Shown piece by piece: positions 62,286 to 64,000 of a stretch of DNA of 64,000 bases. This DNA comes from Chthoniobacteraceae bacterium (GTDB taxonomy: Bacteria; Verrucomicrobiota; Verrucomicrobiia; Chthoniobacterales; Chthoniobacteraceae). Each line of letters begins with the position of its first letter. Within the stretch, counting starts at the first letter, position 1. Under the pieces are notes generated by a model. The model was not told the origin of the DNA and searched no databases. It saw nothing but the letters and a program-made list of their open reading frames with translations. Position numbers and translations under genes: made by a program. The stretch covers positions 75,566-139,565 of the forward strand of contig JANNXQ010000107.1 of the NCBI GenBank assembly GCA_031409655.1. Reading direction: 5' to 3'.

Positions 62286-63707
62286 ATGAAAACAACCACC
62301 TACCCAGTTTCCAGCACCGCGCCACGCCGCCCCATTCCTCCGCAATGGCTCGGCGCGCGCGCCCTGGCCCTCATCATGACCTCTGCGTTCGCGCCTGGCC
62401 TCGTCTCGGGAGCGACCAGCAGTACCACGCCCGTCCCTCAGCCGACTCAAGCGCAACTGGAGGCTGCGGGGCTGTCGAAGTTTCCGCTCGCCCCCAAAGG
62501 GCAACGCGTCGATCTCGTGGCGCCTGCCTTCAGTAATCCCACCCGCGTTACCAATCCACTCTTTCCGATCAGCGACCTGCGCTCGGTCGTCTTGAACGGC
62601 GTGGTCGATGGCAAGGTCTTCCGCGTGGAGACCACCCTCCTGCCGGAGACGCAAATCATCGAATGGGTGCCAGGACAATGCGTGAAGGTGCTCGTCTCGC
62701 AGTATGTGGCCTATCTCAATGGTCGCATCGACGAGGTCGCCCTCGACTTCTACGCGCAAGCCGACGATGGCTCCGTGTGGTACTTCGGAGAGGACGTCTA
62801 TAACTACGTGGATGGCGTGGTCGAGGATACCGGCGGCACCTGGCGGGCCGGCAAGGAAGGTCCAGCGGCGATGATCATGCCGGGCAAACCAAAAGTGGGT
62901 GACGCCCATCGCCCGGAAAACATTCCCGGCCTCGTCTTCGAGGAAGTGTCTGTGAACAAGATCAACCAGACCGTCGCGGGCCCGCGGGGTCCGGTCGCCG
63001 GCGCCCTCGTTTCCCGGGAACTGCACGACGATGGGAGCTTCTCCGATAAGATCTTCGCGCCCGGCTACGGCGAGTTTTCCACCAGCCGGGATGGTAACGT
63101 GGAAGCGCTCGCCCTGGCCGTTCCCATTGATGCGCGGAAGGTGCCGGCCCCGGCGGACCTCGAAGCTGTCGTGGACGGTGCGGAGGCGGTGTTTGACTAT
63201 GCGCAGGTCAGGAACTGGCCCCGCGCTTCCGCCAAACTCACGCAGATGAACGCGGCCTGGCAGCGGCATCGCGGCACGGGCGCGGTCCCGGTCCGCTTGA
63301 TCGAACCCATGAACCGCGCGCTCAGCCAACTCACCGCGGGCGTCACCGCGCGCAACTATACCAAGTCGCTGCAAGGGTCGCTCGATGTGGAGCAAGCCGG
63401 ACTCGACCTCCTGCTTCAATTCGCGCCGGTCGTGGAAATCGCCATCGATCGGTTCAATCTCTGGCTGCACCAGATCTTCGTGGACGCGCAAACGAAGAAT
63501 GCCGATGGGTTGAAAGGCGATGTCGCCACGCTCGAGTGGATGCGGGACCGCATCGTGGCCTCCCTCGATAAGACCGACGTGACCCGCATCGACACGCTCC
63601 TGAAGGAGCTCCGCGGATTCGCGAACGACGCGAATTTCAAGGAAGCAATGGCCACGGCTGAGGAACTCGAGGACACCCTCGAAGAAGCCGCGGAGCGCGC
63701 GCACTAA
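62286..63707 (+). CDS. Secreted hypothetical protein (beta-rich N-domain + helical C-domain)
   Basis: 473-aa ORF with signal-like segment; conserved-looking TNPLFP, DFYAQADDGSVWYFGEDV, WRAG and FAPGYG. Confidence 0.8.
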   Translation: MKTTTYPVSSTAPRRPIPPQWLGARALALIMTSAFAPGLVSGATSSTTPVPQPTQAQLEAAGLSKFPLAPKGQRVDLVAPAFSNPTRVTNPLFPISDLRSVVLNGVVDGKVFRVETTLLPETQIIEWVPGQCVKVLVSQYVAYLNGRIDEVALDFYAQADDGSVWYFGEDVYNYVDGVVEDTGGTWRAGKEGPAAMIMPGKPKVGDAHRPENIPGLVFEEVSVNKINQTVAGPRGPVAGALVSRELHDDGSFSDKIFAPGYGEFSTSRDGNVEALALAVPIDARKVPAPADLEAVVDGAEAVFDYAQVRNWPRASAKLTQMNAAWQRHRGTGAVPVRLIEPMNRALSQLTAGVTARNYTKSLQGSLDVEQAGLDLLLQFAPVVEIAIDRFNLWLHQIFVDAQTKNADGLKGDVATLEWMRDRIVASLDKTDVTRIDTLLKELRGFANDANFKEAMATAEELEDTLEEAAERAH

Positions 63708-63729
63708 CCAAGTAGCTCGCACGTTTGAC

Positions 63730-63765
63730 TGCCGCCCCGCTGGACTAACTCCCGGCGGGGCGGCA
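63730..63765 (+). terminator. GC hairpin, possible terminator
   Basis: TGCCGCCCCGCTGG / CCGGCGGGGCGGCA stem 22 nt after the stop; weak U-tract. Confidence 0.5.
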
Positions 63766-64000
63766 TTGCTCACTAAGAAGCAGAGCCGGCGAGAGGCGTG
63801 GCGAGGTGATTCGCGCTATTCCGTGCCTTCGAGCCACACGCTCCGCAGGCGACTAATGGCCTGTCCCGAATGGCACTAAGATAAGTGGAAAAATGGATGA
63901 TTTGGCGTGAAGTTGTCGGAATGCGGCTAAGGGTTACATAGAGAAGGGGATCTGAAGTACATGGGACTTAGAACACCTTTCTTCTCGGCCTTCGGTCCGT

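Noticed and set aside
2407..63773. Many long antisense ORFs (e.g. 2407-3951, 48809-50413, 59225-60712, 62247-63773)
   Set aside because: Shadow frames of high-GC genes; no motifs and Arg/Ala/Gly-biased composition.

Overview
GC-rich bacterial DNA whose gene families and repeat types suggest Verrucomicrobia (Chthoniobacter-like; inference only). From left to right: (i) an oxidoreductase, a glycosyltransferase and an EF-hand/redoxin/heme-c/copper-monooxygenase fusion; (ii) a NhaR-like LysR gene divergent from an ion-homeostasis operon (HPF, two tandem TerC, CorC, a 6-TM voltage-gated channel with a native TLDDW filter, DUF3311 + SSS); (iii) a decayed prophage head module interrupted by small repeats and split by an AraC/SDR/TMEM175 islet; (iv) secreted hydrolases; (v) a probable lipid/acyl-amide biosynthetic cluster (two B12 radical SAM enzymes, two GNAT-like proteins, GH3 ligase, desaturase, Rieske oxygenase, NTF2-like protein, hydrolase, PAP2); (vi) an HzsA-like heme protein and sulfatases; (vii) a ~27 kb, mostly minus-strand region with a PepSY + OmpR-family two-component system, repeated nTTMAK-N5-nTTMAK boxes, two giant secreted multidomain proteins (YHYH/DUF1566/sulfatase and sulfatase/multicopper oxidase), a dead metallophosphoesterase, CusBA and a collapsed relic of the same module. 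Best candidates for undescribed biology: region vii, cluster v, a C-terminal domain shared by four secreted proteins, the TLDDW channel, and REP-like elements inserted in frame in genes. I saw no rRNA, tRNA or CRISPR array. All family calls come from motif recognition by eye; no database searches were run.
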